DNA of 64,000 nt from positions 288,001-352,000 of the forward strand of contig CAVWHO010000020.1 in assembly GCA_963754875.1 (NCBI GenBank), in the 5' to 3' direction. Positions 38,840 through 48,077 of the stretch are shown one piece after another. A program made the translations under genes and the position numbers. Position 1 is the first letter of the stretch. Each line of letters starts with the position of its first letter. The stretch comes from Nitrospirota bacterium. GTDB taxonomy: Bacteria; Nitrospirota; UBA9217. The notes under the pieces were generated by a model. It saw only the letters and a list, made by a program, of their open reading frames with translations. It did no database searches and was not told the origin of the DNA.

Positions 38840-39240
38840 ACCGGAAAGAACGTCTGCGTCAGGCGCGCGAAAGCAGGGAAGAGGCACTGCTTCTCATGCA
38901 CGAACATATGGGAAATAAGGCTGTGCTCACGAAAATTTATCATGCCATGATGAGTTGTCTTTTCGCGCTTTTTAATATACGGGACATCGGAAAATTGACC
39001 CATGCAGATATCATCGGCCGGTTCGAAGAGGAGTTCGTACACGCGGGGAAAATGGACGAGACGATTCTGGCCGCCCTTCACCGGACGTACGACCTGACCC
39101 ACGAGTGCGACTGCGGGCATATGCCGGTGCCGACGGAAGAAGAAATTACGTCCGCGATGAAGGCCGCGCAGGGACTCATCGCCGCAACTGAAGGATTTTT
39201 GGGGACGGAGGTGACGGTACATGAAAACAGCGCTGTTTAA
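38836..39240 (+). CDS. Orphan HEPN-like (UPF0332-type) protein with HECDCGH motif
   Basis: IYHAMM.CLFAL, THADIIGRFEEEFVHAG and LHRTYDL match the HEPN/UPF0332 pattern; ATGA overlap with the PII-like gene. Confidence 0.7.
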   Translation: MNRKERLRQARESREEALLLMHEHMGNKAVLTKIYHAMMSCLFALFNIRDIGKLTHADIIGRFEEEFVHAGKMDETILAALHRTYDLTHECDCGHMPVPTEEEITSAMKAAQGLIAATEGFLGTEVTVHENSAV

Positions 39241-39436
39241 AGTGGAAAAAACGCTCTGCGCGGAGTGTTCGCTCGCGCTCAGGCGGTTCATAGGCGGCAT
39301 GGACGGCGTCGAGGAGATCGACGTGGAGAGCGGCAAGCTGGCCGTCCGGTACGACGAGGGGACCATCCCCGAGGAAAAGCTGACGAAGCTTGCGAAGGAC
39401 AGCATCGAGCGGCTGGGATACCGGCTGGAGGAATGA
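39221..39436 (+). CDS. Heavy-metal-associated (HMA/CopZ-like) domain protein
   Basis: 71 aa; CAEC motif, DGVEEIDV and IERLGY; overlaps the HEPN-like gene by 20 nt. Confidence 0.82.
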   Translation: MKTALFKVEKTLCAECSLALRRFIGGMDGVEEIDVESGKLAVRYDEGTIPEEKLTKLAKDSIERLGYRLEE

Positions 39437-39458
39437 CCGGGTAAGGAGATGATACGGC

Positions 39459-40541
39459 ATGATACGAGATCCTATCTGTAACATGGAATGTTCCGAAGAC
39501 ACGGCTGTGAAAACCGACTTTCAGGGCGAAACGTACTATTTCTGCTCCGAAGGGTGCCGGGACAGGTTTCTGAAGCGAAGATCTTGCAAGCGTCCCCGCG
39601 ATTCTTATGATCTGATCATCGTCGGCGGCGGCCCCGCAGGCCTCACGGCGGCGGTCTACGCGGCGACGATGAAGATGGACGCCTTTCTCATCGCAAAAGA
39701 CCTGGGCGGCCAGGCCGTGGACAGCACGAAGATCGAGAACTACATGGGTTATGACTTCATCACCGGACCGCAGCTCGTCGAGAAGTTCCAGGAGCAACTC
39801 GTGCGCTCCCACTACATCGACCATGTGATAACCGAGGTCGAGAAGATCGAGGCTGCAGGGGGCGTGTTCCACGTCACGACCTCGGCGCTCACGACCTATA
39901 CCGCTAAGGCGGTGATCGTCACCACCGGCATGGCAAGGCGGACCCTGGGCGTGGAGGGCGAAGAACGGTTCCAGCGGACAGGAGTGTTCTACGGGAATAT
40001 CCAGGACCTGACCTTCGTCCACGACCAGGACGTGGTCGTGGTGGGCGGAGGCAATTCCGCGCTACAGATGGTCGAGAACCTGCACGGCATCGCCGCGAAG
40101 ATCCACATAGTCTCGGCCACGGAGCTGACCGCTGACCCGGCAATCATCGAGCGGGTCCGGTGCCTGGACAACCTGGACATCTACGAAGAGTATAAGGTCG
40201 TGGAGTTCGACGGAAACGCCTCTCTCGAAGGTGTGACGATCAGGAAGATGGCAGGGGAGGAAACGCTATGCCTCCCCGCACATGGCGTGTTCATCTCGAT
40301 CGGGTTCAAGCCGAATTCCGGCCTCGTAACGCATCTGGTGGACGTGAACGACCGGGGCGAGATCATGATCCAGCCGGACTGCTCGACCTCGATGCCTGGC
40401 GTCTTCGCGGCCGGTGACATTACGAACGCCTTCGGCAAAAGGATCATCATCGCTTCGGGAGAAGGTGCCAAGGCGGCCATGGCGGCAAGACAATACCTCC
40501 TTGATCTCAGAAAGAAAATGGCTGCGACCGCCTGCTCGTGA
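39459..40541 (+). CDS. YHS(TRASH)-domain-fused FAD oxidoreductase of the thioredoxin reductase/AhpF fold, lacking the redox CxxC
   Basis: DPICNM...YYFCSEGC (YHS); GGGPAG, IENYMG, GGGNSA and GVFAAGD (TrxR fold); GVFYGNIQD at the position of GVSYCAxCD. Confidence 0.88.
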   Translation: MIRDPICNMECSEDTAVKTDFQGETYYFCSEGCRDRFLKRRSCKRPRDSYDLIIVGGGPAGLTAAVYAATMKMDAFLIAKDLGGQAVDSTKIENYMGYDFITGPQLVEKFQEQLVRSHYIDHVITEVEKIEAAGGVFHVTTSALTTYTAKAVIVTTGMARRTLGVEGEERFQRTGVFYGNIQDLTFVHDQDVVVVGGGNSALQMVENLHGIAAKIHIVSATELTADPAIIERVRCLDNLDIYEEYKVVEFDGNASLEGVTIRKMAGEETLCLPAHGVFISIGFKPNSGLVTHLVDVNDRGEIMIQPDCSTSMPGVFAAGDITNAFGKRIIIASGEGAKAAMAARQYLLDLRKKMAATACS

Positions 40542-40596
40542 TTGTCCCATCGACCAAGATGCCCGCCAATCAATCAGCGAAGGGAGAAATATTGCA

Positions 40597-41133
40597 ATGT
40601 TCATAACGACGGAAACGAACATTATAATAAACAACACTCCCGAAGCAATATGGGATTACGCTTCTGATCCTTCCAACTGGACCTCATCGAATCCCGAAGA
40701 GCATTTCGGGCTCGTTTACTACAACAGCAAGGACAACCGGCCTGCGACCGGCGTGGAATTTCATCAGCGAGAATCCGTGGCCGGCATCTATGCGGATCTG
40801 CGCGGGAGGTTTCTGAATGTCGAGCGGCCCCGCATCGCGGTGTGGTCAGGCACTGCGGTCTATCGCATGCTCGGCGGCCTGATTCGAGTACGGATCCCGG
40901 AAGGCGGCGTCGTCCGCGCGGAACCCGCGGCAAAGGGCACACACCTTTCCCATGACGTGTACATGGATTTTCCCAATTCAGCATGGGGCAGGATGCTTGC
41001 CTGGATATTCAAGGATATTCTGCAAGGCCCCAAGGCCGTGTACAACCATACCTATAAGGAACTGCTGTTCTTCAAGGAACACTTGGAAAAGGAACAACCG
41101 GCGCGAATAAAGGAGAACGCATCGTTCAACTGA
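40597..41133 (+). CDS. SRPBCC/START-like family protein
   Basis: IIINNTPEAIWDYASDPSNW N-terminal signature; GGGAG RBS. Confidence 0.65.
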   Translation: MFITTETNIIINNTPEAIWDYASDPSNWTSSNPEEHFGLVYYNSKDNRPATGVEFHQRESVAGIYADLRGRFLNVERPRIAVWSGTAVYRMLGGLIRVRIPEGGVVRAEPAAKGTHLSHDVYMDFPNSAWGRMLAWIFKDILQGPKAVYNHTYKELLFFKEHLEKEQPARIKENASFN

Positions 41134-41274
41134 GAAGAATATGAGAAAGCGGCAGGATGGGAAGCGGGAAACGGGTATAATAGATATTAATGAAAAGACT
41201 GCAGCGTTCATTCCAAGGAGAGGGAAGAAGACACATGCGCCGACTTTTATTTGACGCAGGAATTGGAGGAAAAC

Positions 41275-41388
41275 ATGACAAGCGAAGAAGACACAATCTA
41301 TACTTGCCCCATGCACCCCGAAGTACGGCAGAAGGGGCCCGGCAAATGCCCGAAATGCGGCATGTCGCTTGAGCCGACAAAAAAATAA
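41275..41388 (+). CDS. 37-aa stand-alone heavy-metal-binding (HMBD) microprotein
   Basis: [45 protein letters not shown]. Absent from the ORF track. Confidence 0.85.
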   Translation: MTSEEDTIYTCPMHPEVRQKGPGKCPKCGMSLEPTKK

Positions 41389-41453
41389 TTACCGCTGCCC
41401 TGTCCCGGTTTCCCGGCTTTTTCCCGGCCCATCTTCGCCGTCAGGAGGAACAC

Positions 41454-43910
41454 ATGAAAGTAAAAGACCCGGTGTGCGGAATGACCATTGAAGACAAGGA
41501 TGCTGCGGGAATGGCATCCTATAAGGACATGACGTACTATTTCTGTTCCTCTTCCTGCCGGGAGAAGTTCGAGAAAGACCCTGCATTGTATGCGGTGAAG
41601 GAAAGTCCGAAAGAACAAGCGCCAGGCTCCTGTCCTGCCTGTGGAAGACCGTTGCTGCCTAATGAGCCCCATAGACACGTTGATTCAAAGGAATATACTT
41701 GCCCCATGCATCCTGAGGTCCGGCAACCCGGCCCGGGCGTGTGTCCGAAGTGCGGCATGGCGCTTGAGCCGGTCGAGCTGGCCGTTGCTTCATCCAAAAC
41801 AGAGTGGACCTGTCCCATGCATCCGGAGGTCGTGCGGGATGAGCCGGGAAGCTGCCCCATCTGCGGCATGGCCCTCGAACCGAAAACGATCACTGCCGAG
41901 GAACAGGAGAACCCGGAACTCATCGACATGACACGACGGCTCAAGATCAGCGTTGTTCTGTCCATCCCCCTGATCTACATCGCCATGGGCGGCCTCATCC
42001 CCGCGATCTCGCCGGAGAAATTCATTCCCCTGAGGATGCTGAAGTGGCTGGAACTGGTCCTAGCGACGCCTGTCGTGCTCTGGGGCGGGTGGCCGTTCTT
42101 CGTGCGCGGGTGGAAATCGATCATTACCTGGAACCCCAACATGTTTACGCTCATCGGCCTCGGTACGGGTGTGGCCTACGGGTACAGCATCGTAGCCGCG
42201 CTCTTCCCGGGGATGTTTCCTCCATCATTCCGCGGAAAAAACGGGGAGGCGGCAACGTATTTTGAAGCTGCCGCCGTTATTACGACCCTCGTGCTTCTGG
42301 GCCAGGTCTTGGAACTGCGGGCCCGGAGCAAGACCGGGGCAGCTATCAAAGCATTGCTCGGTCTAGCTCCGAAGACCGCTCGGCGTGTGCAGGGTGAGAC
42401 GGAAGAGGACGTCCCGCTCGAAAACGTCCACGCTGGCGATCTCCTGCGGGTACGGCCCGGTGAGAAGGTCCCTGTCGATGGGACGGTGACGGAAGGGTCG
42501 AGCAGCGTGGATGAATCCATGATCACCGGGGAACCGATGCCCATGGAAAAACATGCCGGCGACCGCGTTGTCGGCGCTACCGTGAACGGGACCGGCTCAT
42601 TCATCATGCGGGCGGAGAAAGTCGGCTCTGAGACCCTTCTTGCGCAGATTGTGCACATGGTGGCGGATGCCCAGCGGAGCCGTGCGCCGATCCAGAAGCT
42701 TGCGGACATCATCGCCGGATATTTTGTCCAGATAGTCGTCTCAATCGCAATTATAACCTTCATCGTGTGGGCCTGGATCGGACCGGAGCCCCGCTTTGTC
42801 TACGCATTGGTGAATGCCGTGGCAGTCCTGATTATTGCCTGCCCCTGCGCCCTCGGGCTCGCCACGCCTGTATCCATCATGGTCTCCATGGGCAAGGGCG
42901 CTACAGCGGGCGTGCTGTTCAAGAACGCCGAAGCCATCGAACTCATGCGAAAAGTGGATACTCTCGTCGTGGACAAGACCGGTACGCTTACCGTCGGGAA
43001 ACCGAAGCTGAATTCTGTTGCAACGAATGACGGGTTCGACGTGAAAACGCTTCTTCTTTATGCCGCGAGCATCGAGCGAGGGAGCGAACACCCTCTGGCC
43101 GCGGCCATCGTTGCAGGCGCACTCGAAAAGGGCGTGAGCCCGAAGAATGCCGAGTCCTTTCAGTCCAGTACCGGCAAAGGGGTCACCGGTAAGGTTGAAA
43201 GTCACGCTGTCGGACTCGGCAATCGCGCGCTGCTCGACGAGCTGCGCATCGATCCCGGCCACTTATCCGCAAAGGCGGAGGAGATGCGAAAGGACGGCCA
43301 GACGGTGATGTTCCTTGCCGTGGACGGAAAAGCAGCCGGCCTTCTGGGAGTGGCTGATCCGATAAAAGAAACAACGCTTGAGGCCGTGAAACTCCTTCAT
43401 GACGACGGCATCCGTATCGTGATGCTTACTGGCGATAACAAAACCACTGCCGAGACAATAGCGAAAAAGCTCCATATCGATGACGTGGTCGCGGAAGTGC
43501 TGCCGGACCAGAAAGCAGCTGTCGTGAAGCGGTTCCAGAGCGAAGGCCGGTTCGTGGCAATGGCAGGAGACGGGATCAACGACGCTCCCGCTCTCGCGCA
43601 GGCCCAGGTGGGCATCGCCATGGGCACCGGGACGGACGTGGCCATGGAGAGCGCTGGGGTGACGCTCGTGAAAGGCGACCTCCGCGGGATTCTCCGGGCG
43701 CGGCTTCTCTCCCGGGCCACGATGAAGAACATCAAGCAGAACCTGTTCTTCGCCTTTGTGTACAATTCCTTGGGAATCCCCGTTGCAGCGGGAGTACTCT
43801 ACCCATTCTTCGGGATCCTGCTCAGCCCTGTCTTCGCAGCGGCGGCGATGAGTTTCAGCTCCGTGTCAGTCATCGGGAACGCCCTGCGGTTGCGCAGGAC
43901 AAGCATATGA
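41454..43910 (+). CDS. copA: Cu(I)-translocating P1B-type ATPase with N-terminal YHS and two HMBD domains
   Basis: DPVCGM/YYFCS; two TCPMHP...CP.CGM units; CPC, DKTGT, SEHP, GDGIND, YN and MSFSS motifs. Confidence 0.95.
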   Translation: MKVKDPVCGMTIEDKDAAGMASYKDMTYYFCSSSCREKFEKDPALYAVKESPKEQAPGSCPACGRPLLPNEPHRHVDSKEYTCPMHPEVRQPGPGVCPKCGMALEPVELAVASSKTEWTCPMHPEVVRDEPGSCPICGMALEPKTITAEEQENPELIDMTRRLKISVVLSIPLIYIAMGGLIPAISPEKFIPLRMLKWLELVLATPVVLWGGWPFFVRGWKSIITWNPNMFTLIGLGTGVAYGYSIVAALFPGMFPPSFRGKNGEAATYFEAAAVITTLVLLGQVLELRARSKTGAAIKALLGLAPKTARRVQGETEEDVPLENVHAGDLLRVRPGEKVPVDGTVTEGSSSVDESMITGEPMPMEKHAGDRVVGATVNGTGSFIMRAEKVGSETLLAQIVHMVADAQRSRAPIQKLADIIAGYFVQIVVSIAIITFIVWAWIGPEPRFVYALVNAVAVLIIACPCALGLATPVSIMVSMGKGATAGVLFKNAEAIELMRKVDTLVVDKTGTLTVGKPKLNSVATNDGFDVKTLLLYAASIERGSEHPLAAAIVAGALEKGVSPKNAESFQSSTGKGVTGKVESHAVGLGNRALLDELRIDPGHLSAKAEEMRKDGQTVMFLAVDGKAAGLLGVADPIKETTLEAVKLLHDDGIRIVMLTGDNKTTAETIAKKLHIDDVVAEVLPDQKAAVVKRFQSEGRFVAMAGDGINDAPALAQAQVGIAMGTGTDVAMESAGVTLVKGDLRGILRARLLSRATMKNIKQNLFFAFVYNSLGIPVAAGVLYPFFGILLSPVFAAAAMSFSSVSVIGNALRLRRTSI

Positions 43911-44379
43911 AGGCATGTATGACCCCACCTGGACAAAGCATTATGCTACGAAGAAAGTATTAGTTTGCTATAATACTCTCCGATTGAAGCCCAGATCAAA
44001 AAAATGACGCCTGACCCTCCTTCGATAATACATTCTGGTATACTCAACCATATGGGATCAGATCTGCAATACGCATGAGATAGGTATCTGAATTTAACAG
44101 CTTTACCTTAACCGGTGCTTTCCATGTGACGACTTCCTTTTGAGCTATAGTCATGGACATTTGTCGCGGGAGTTCACGAAATAAAAACCCCTTTTTATGT
44201 TCCCGGTGATAACCAGCAGACTGTTCATTGCCATCATGCTGTCTATGCAAATATCTCATTTTCTCAACGCGATGTGGCAGAGACGGGCATGAACCGTTCC
44301 TTTACTGTCCAGACGGGAGTTGGGGAAAGCGGCGGTCAATCACCAGGCACGGGAAACAAGTCCCTCCTATGAGGCAGAA

Positions 44380-45114
44380 ATGATGATCAAAAAGAGCCAT
44401 GTAATGGCACTCTGTTTGGCAGCGGTATTCGTCCTGTACGGAGCGGGCGTACGCGCGGAGCAGACGTCCGGGGCGTGCATAACCTGCCACACCTTTCTCG
44501 GCGGCAAGCTTGCGCAGCCCGTTGCGGAATGGAAAGGTTCGATCCATCAGCAGAACGGCATAACCTGCGATTTCTGTCATGGTGGCGATGCAGGCGTTGA
44601 TGTGGGGACTGTACGGGATCTCGCGGGGCAGGAGTTTGCGGACAGGATGTCGCGCGCAATGTCTAAATCCCAGGGTTTCATCGGCAAGCCTTCCGGAAAA
44701 GCGATGTTCGCCATGTGCTCCAAGTGCCACAGAGATTCCGTCGAACGGTATGCAAAGAGCATCATGGGCAGGTCCTATCTTGAGAACAAGGGCGGGCCCT
44801 CCTGTGTTACCTGCCACCATGCACACCGCAATGCCATGCCCGACGTGCCCAAGGTTTGCGAAAGCTGCCACAAGGATATAGAAGGGTTCGACCAGATCGA
44901 CCCGATGGATGTGACCGAATCAACGGTGAATGCGTTATCAGGCATACGGATAAAGCTCGCCCAGGCGAAAATGATCGGCAAGCAGCCGCCCTTCATACCC
45001 GAGTTTCCCGTGGACCTCGATGCTTTCCAAATAGGGTTCGTCGCATTCGGCGCCGTGCTTGTCCTGTTCTGCATCGGCTATATCGTGTACGTCGTACTGG
45101 AACGGAGGAGATGA
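44380..45114 (+). CDS. Pentaheme cytochrome c with signal peptide and C-terminal membrane anchor
   Basis: Five CxxCH motifs (CITCH, CDFCH, CSKCH, CVTCH, CESCH); hydrophobic C-terminus. Confidence 0.9.
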   Translation: MMIKKSHVMALCLAAVFVLYGAGVRAEQTSGACITCHTFLGGKLAQPVAEWKGSIHQQNGITCDFCHGGDAGVDVGTVRDLAGQEFADRMSRAMSKSQGFIGKPSGKAMFAMCSKCHRDSVERYAKSIMGRSYLENKGGPSCVTCHHAHRNAMPDVPKVCESCHKDIEGFDQIDPMDVTESTVNALSGIRIKLAQAKMIGKQPPFIPEFPVDLDAFQIGFVAFGAVLVLFCIGYIVYVVLERRR

Positions 45115-45115
45115 T

Positions 45116-45379
45116 ATGAGCTTTGAGACCATTCAGACGAAGAGGCCTGCCTATCCAAAAGCCGCCGTGATCGCGGTCCTGGTCCTGTCAATCCTCCTTC
45201 TCGGTGCAGGCGCCGAGTTCGCCTATTTCCTGGTATCGGGCAAGGGAAACGATTACCTCTGGGGCACGCTGCTGGCCGTGGAGTTCCTGATCGCAGGTAT
45301 TGAGATCGTCCTCTTTGCACGCTATTTTGTTCCGTTCAGGGAGGTATCGGAGGACCGTGAGGAGGAGCTGCTATGGTAG
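45116..45379 (+). CDS. Small two-TM protein; probable accessory subunit of the Rieske/cytochrome b complex
   Basis: 87 aa, two hydrophobic segments; 1 nt after the cytochrome c stop and overlapping the Rieske start. Confidence 0.75.
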   Translation: MSFETIQTKRPAYPKAAVIAVLVLSILLLGAGAEFAYFLVSGKGNDYLWGTLLAVEFLIAGIEIVLFARYFVPFREVSEDREEELLW

Positions 45380-45987
45380 ACGGGAACACCGGCAGCAATG
45401 ACAACAAGGAAGGCATCAGCCGGAGAAGGTTCACCCTCGGGATGCTCCTTGCGTCCGTGGCAGGAGCCTTCGGGTCTCTTTTTGCCCTGCTCAAAGTGCT
45501 GGCTCCCGCAAAAAAGGGCGGAGGCTATGCAACGACCATAAAGCCCGGTGATGGGCTTGTCTATGCTCAGGGAGGCAATGCGGGTGCTCCCGTCACGGCT
45601 TCATCGATGAAGCCGGGCGACGCCGTGCTCGCCTATCCCACGGGCAAGTCATCGAATCCGGCAAACCTGGTCCAGTTGATCAAACTGGAGGAGAAGGCAT
45701 TCATACCGCCAACCGACATCGCACTGACGGACCAGGGGTTCGTGGCCTACAGCGCCATCTGCACTCATCTCGGCTGCACCGTCTCCTGGATGGCGAACCG
45801 GGAATCACCCACAGCATCGTTTACGGAATGTTTCTGCCACAACAGCATTTTCAATCCTGCCCAGGGCGCGAAGGTCATGGGCGGGCCTGCACCGATCCCT
45901 CTCGCACAGATTGGAGTGAAGGTGAAACAGGACGGGACGCTTATCTTTACGAGCGATTTCAACGGCCCGATCGGGCCGCAGGTATAA
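45373..45987 (+). CDS. Rieske 2Fe-2S subunit of a quinol:cytochrome c oxidoreductase
   Basis: Tat motif SRRRF plus TM; CTHLGC, CFCHNSIF and GPAPIPL motifs. Confidence 0.93.
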   Translation: MVDGNTGSNDNKEGISRRRFTLGMLLASVAGAFGSLFALLKVLAPAKKGGGYATTIKPGDGLVYAQGGNAGAPVTASSMKPGDAVLAYPTGKSSNPANLVQLIKLEEKAFIPPTDIALTDQGFVAYSAICTHLGCTVSWMANRESPTASFTECFCHNSIFNPAQGAKVMGGPAPIPLAQIGVKVKQDGTLIFTSDFNGPIGPQV

Positions 45988-46004
45988 GAGGCGAGGATTC
46001 TGCC

Positions 46005-47252
46005 ATGGTCTTTAAATGGTTCGATGAACGGCTGGAGCTCAGAAAGTTCAAAGAAAAGTTCCTGAGCAAGACATTCCCGACCCACCCCACGTTCCTGCTC
46101 GGAGAAACGGCGTTGTTCGCCTTCATTACTCTTATCATAACGGGCGTCTTCCTCGGGTTTCTCTATGAGCCTTCGACCACGATGGTTTCTCTCTTCGGTG
46201 CGATGGTTCCGGCAGCCTATGCGAGCGTGGTGAGAATAGACCTGCTCCCCATGGGCCTGATCATCAGACGCATCCACCACTGGTCGGCAATGATAATGAT
46301 CGCCGCCATAATCGCACATCTCCTGCGGGTCTATTTTACGGCGTCCTACCGGAAGCCGCGGGAAATCAACTGGCTCGTGGGGCTCAGCTTGTGGGGTACG
46401 GCCATGGTCGCGGCATTCACCGGCTATTTGCTGCCCTACAGCCAGTTCTCGGTGACTGCCACGTCTATTGCCTACTATATGGCAAAGTCGGTGCCCTGGG
46501 TCGGGGAATGGATGTCCCGACTCCTCTTTGCAGGCGACTTTCCTTCGGACGGGACCGTCCCCCGCTTCTTCTTCATGCATGTCATGCTGATCCCGACGGC
46601 ACTGATCGGTCTCATCGGCGTGCACATGCTCATCCTGATCAAACAAAAACATACGGAGCCCCGGTCCAACAAGGACCGAAAGGAGGCACAGGGCGGGAAG
46701 AGGCTCATCGGCATCCCGATCTGGCCCGAACAGACCGTCATCAGCCTGTCTTTTTTCCTGTTCCTGCTGTTCGTGGTCGTGACTATGGCGACGTATATCC
46801 CCTTGAACCCGATAGAAACGTATGGCCCACCGTCGCCGGGAACACCCGTGATGAGGCCTGACTGGTATTTCCTCGTTGTGTACGGTTTCCTGAAGCTGGT
46901 GCCCGGCGATTTGTCATTTTCCATCCTGGGAGGGAAGATCACGCCCGAAACCATCGGCGGCGTCATCTTTCCCGCAGCCACATTCGTTGCGTATGCATTG
47001 GTCCCTTTCCTCGACCGGTCAAAGGGCCCGCAGTACTATATGGAAAATCCGCTCCACCGGCCCTTCATGACCTCGTTAGGCATTGGGGCCATAGTTTTCC
47101 TCTGCATGATGGTCGTGGCCGGGTACATCGACGTGCTCCATATCACGCCGAGGACCATGACCGTCTCCGCGGTCCTCGCAACGGCGGCGGCGTGGAGCAT
47201 CAGCTACGGCTTACTGCACTGGTACAACAGAAAGAGAGGCGACAATGTCTAA
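46005..47252 (+). CDS. Cytochrome b subunit (unsplit) of a Rieske/cytochrome b complex
   Basis: RRIHHWSA...AHLLR, KPREINW, FTGYLLP, RFFFMHV...GVH and Qo motif PDWY. Confidence 0.94.
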   Translation: MVFKWFDERLELRKFKEKFLSKTFPTHPTFLLGETALFAFITLIITGVFLGFLYEPSTTMVSLFGAMVPAAYASVVRIDLLPMGLIIRRIHHWSAMIMIAAIIAHLLRVYFTASYRKPREINWLVGLSLWGTAMVAAFTGYLLPYSQFSVTATSIAYYMAKSVPWVGEWMSRLLFAGDFPSDGTVPRFFFMHVMLIPTALIGLIGVHMLILIKQKHTEPRSNKDRKEAQGGKRLIGIPIWPEQTVISLSFFLFLLFVVVTMATYIPLNPIETYGPPSPGTPVMRPDWYFLVVYGFLKLVPGDLSFSILGGKITPETIGGVIFPAATFVAYALVPFLDRSKGPQYYMENPLHRPFMTSLGIGAIVFLCMMVVAGYIDVLHITPRTMTVSAVLATAAAWSISYGLLHWYNRKRGDNV

Positions 47253-48000
47253 GCGTGGTCACGCTCTCCTCTGCGCCCTTCTCGCGTGCGGCGCATTCCT
47301 GTTCACCGCAGCCGCAAACGGCGCTGACGGAAATAAAACCTCGAATTCCTGCGTTGCCTGCCATTCCCGGCTTCCGGGAAGCAGTTTCGTGGGCGCAAAG
47401 TCCCACAGCTGGAAGGGATCGATACACCAGAAGCACGGAGTGACCTGCGACAAATGCCATAAAGGCGACCCCCGCGCTTCCGGGCAGAAGGAGGCCCATG
47501 CAGGGGTCCTCGCCTCCAGCGATCCCCAAAGCTCAGTTTACTACAAGAACATCCCGTCAACCTGCGGCCAGTGCCACGGGGCCGAATTCTATAAATTCAC
47601 CCAGAGCTTGCATTACAAGAGGCTCGAATCGGAAGGAAAGGGGCCCGAATGCGTAACGTGCCACGGATCGATGGTCACCGGTATCTTAACGCCTGACACC
47701 ATCGCGGCCGTGTGTGAGCGGTGCCACAATGCGCGGATAGGCGTCTTTCCCTATGTGCCGCAAAAAGCGAAGGCTGTTTTGCTTTTATTGAAGGAAAGCA
47801 ATGCACTTCTCGATGCAAACGTGAAGCTTAATCGTTCTGCCAGCGGCACCGAAAGGGCAGGAGACCTGCGTGATGCCCGGACCTCGCTGCACTCTGCCAT
47901 GCTCGACTGGCACAAATTCGATCTCGACACGATCATTGCCGACTTGCAGGATTTTTACAATTCTATGAATAAACGGTCTCCGGGGAACATGCACCAGTAG
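47245..48000 (+). CDS. Periplasmic pentaheme cytochrome c
   Basis: Signal peptide; CVACH, CDKCH, CGQCH, CVTCH and CERCH motifs. Confidence 0.9.
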   Translation: MSKRGHALLCALLACGAFLFTAAANGADGNKTSNSCVACHSRLPGSSFVGAKSHSWKGSIHQKHGVTCDKCHKGDPRASGQKEAHAGVLASSDPQSSVYYKNIPSTCGQCHGAEFYKFTQSLHYKRLESEGKGPECVTCHGSMVTGILTPDTIAAVCERCHNARIGVFPYVPQKAKAVLLLLKESNALLDANVKLNRSASGTERAGDLRDARTSLHSAMLDWHKFDLDTIIADLQDFYNSMNKRSPGNMHQ

Positions 48001-48077
48001 GCGGAAGTTCCTCACTGTATTTTGATTCTCAGGTATTGGAGCCAGCCTTATTGTTTTCCTGCTCGGCAGTTCTTTCG

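Noticed and set aside
38836..39436. HEPN-like gene plus a neighbour as a toxin-antitoxin or defence pair
   Set aside because: The neighbours are PII-like and HMA proteins, with no GSxARG/DxD nucleotidyltransferase motif.
44044..44259. 71-aa minus-strand ORF in the AT-richer spacer after copA
   Set aside because: No motif or RBS support.
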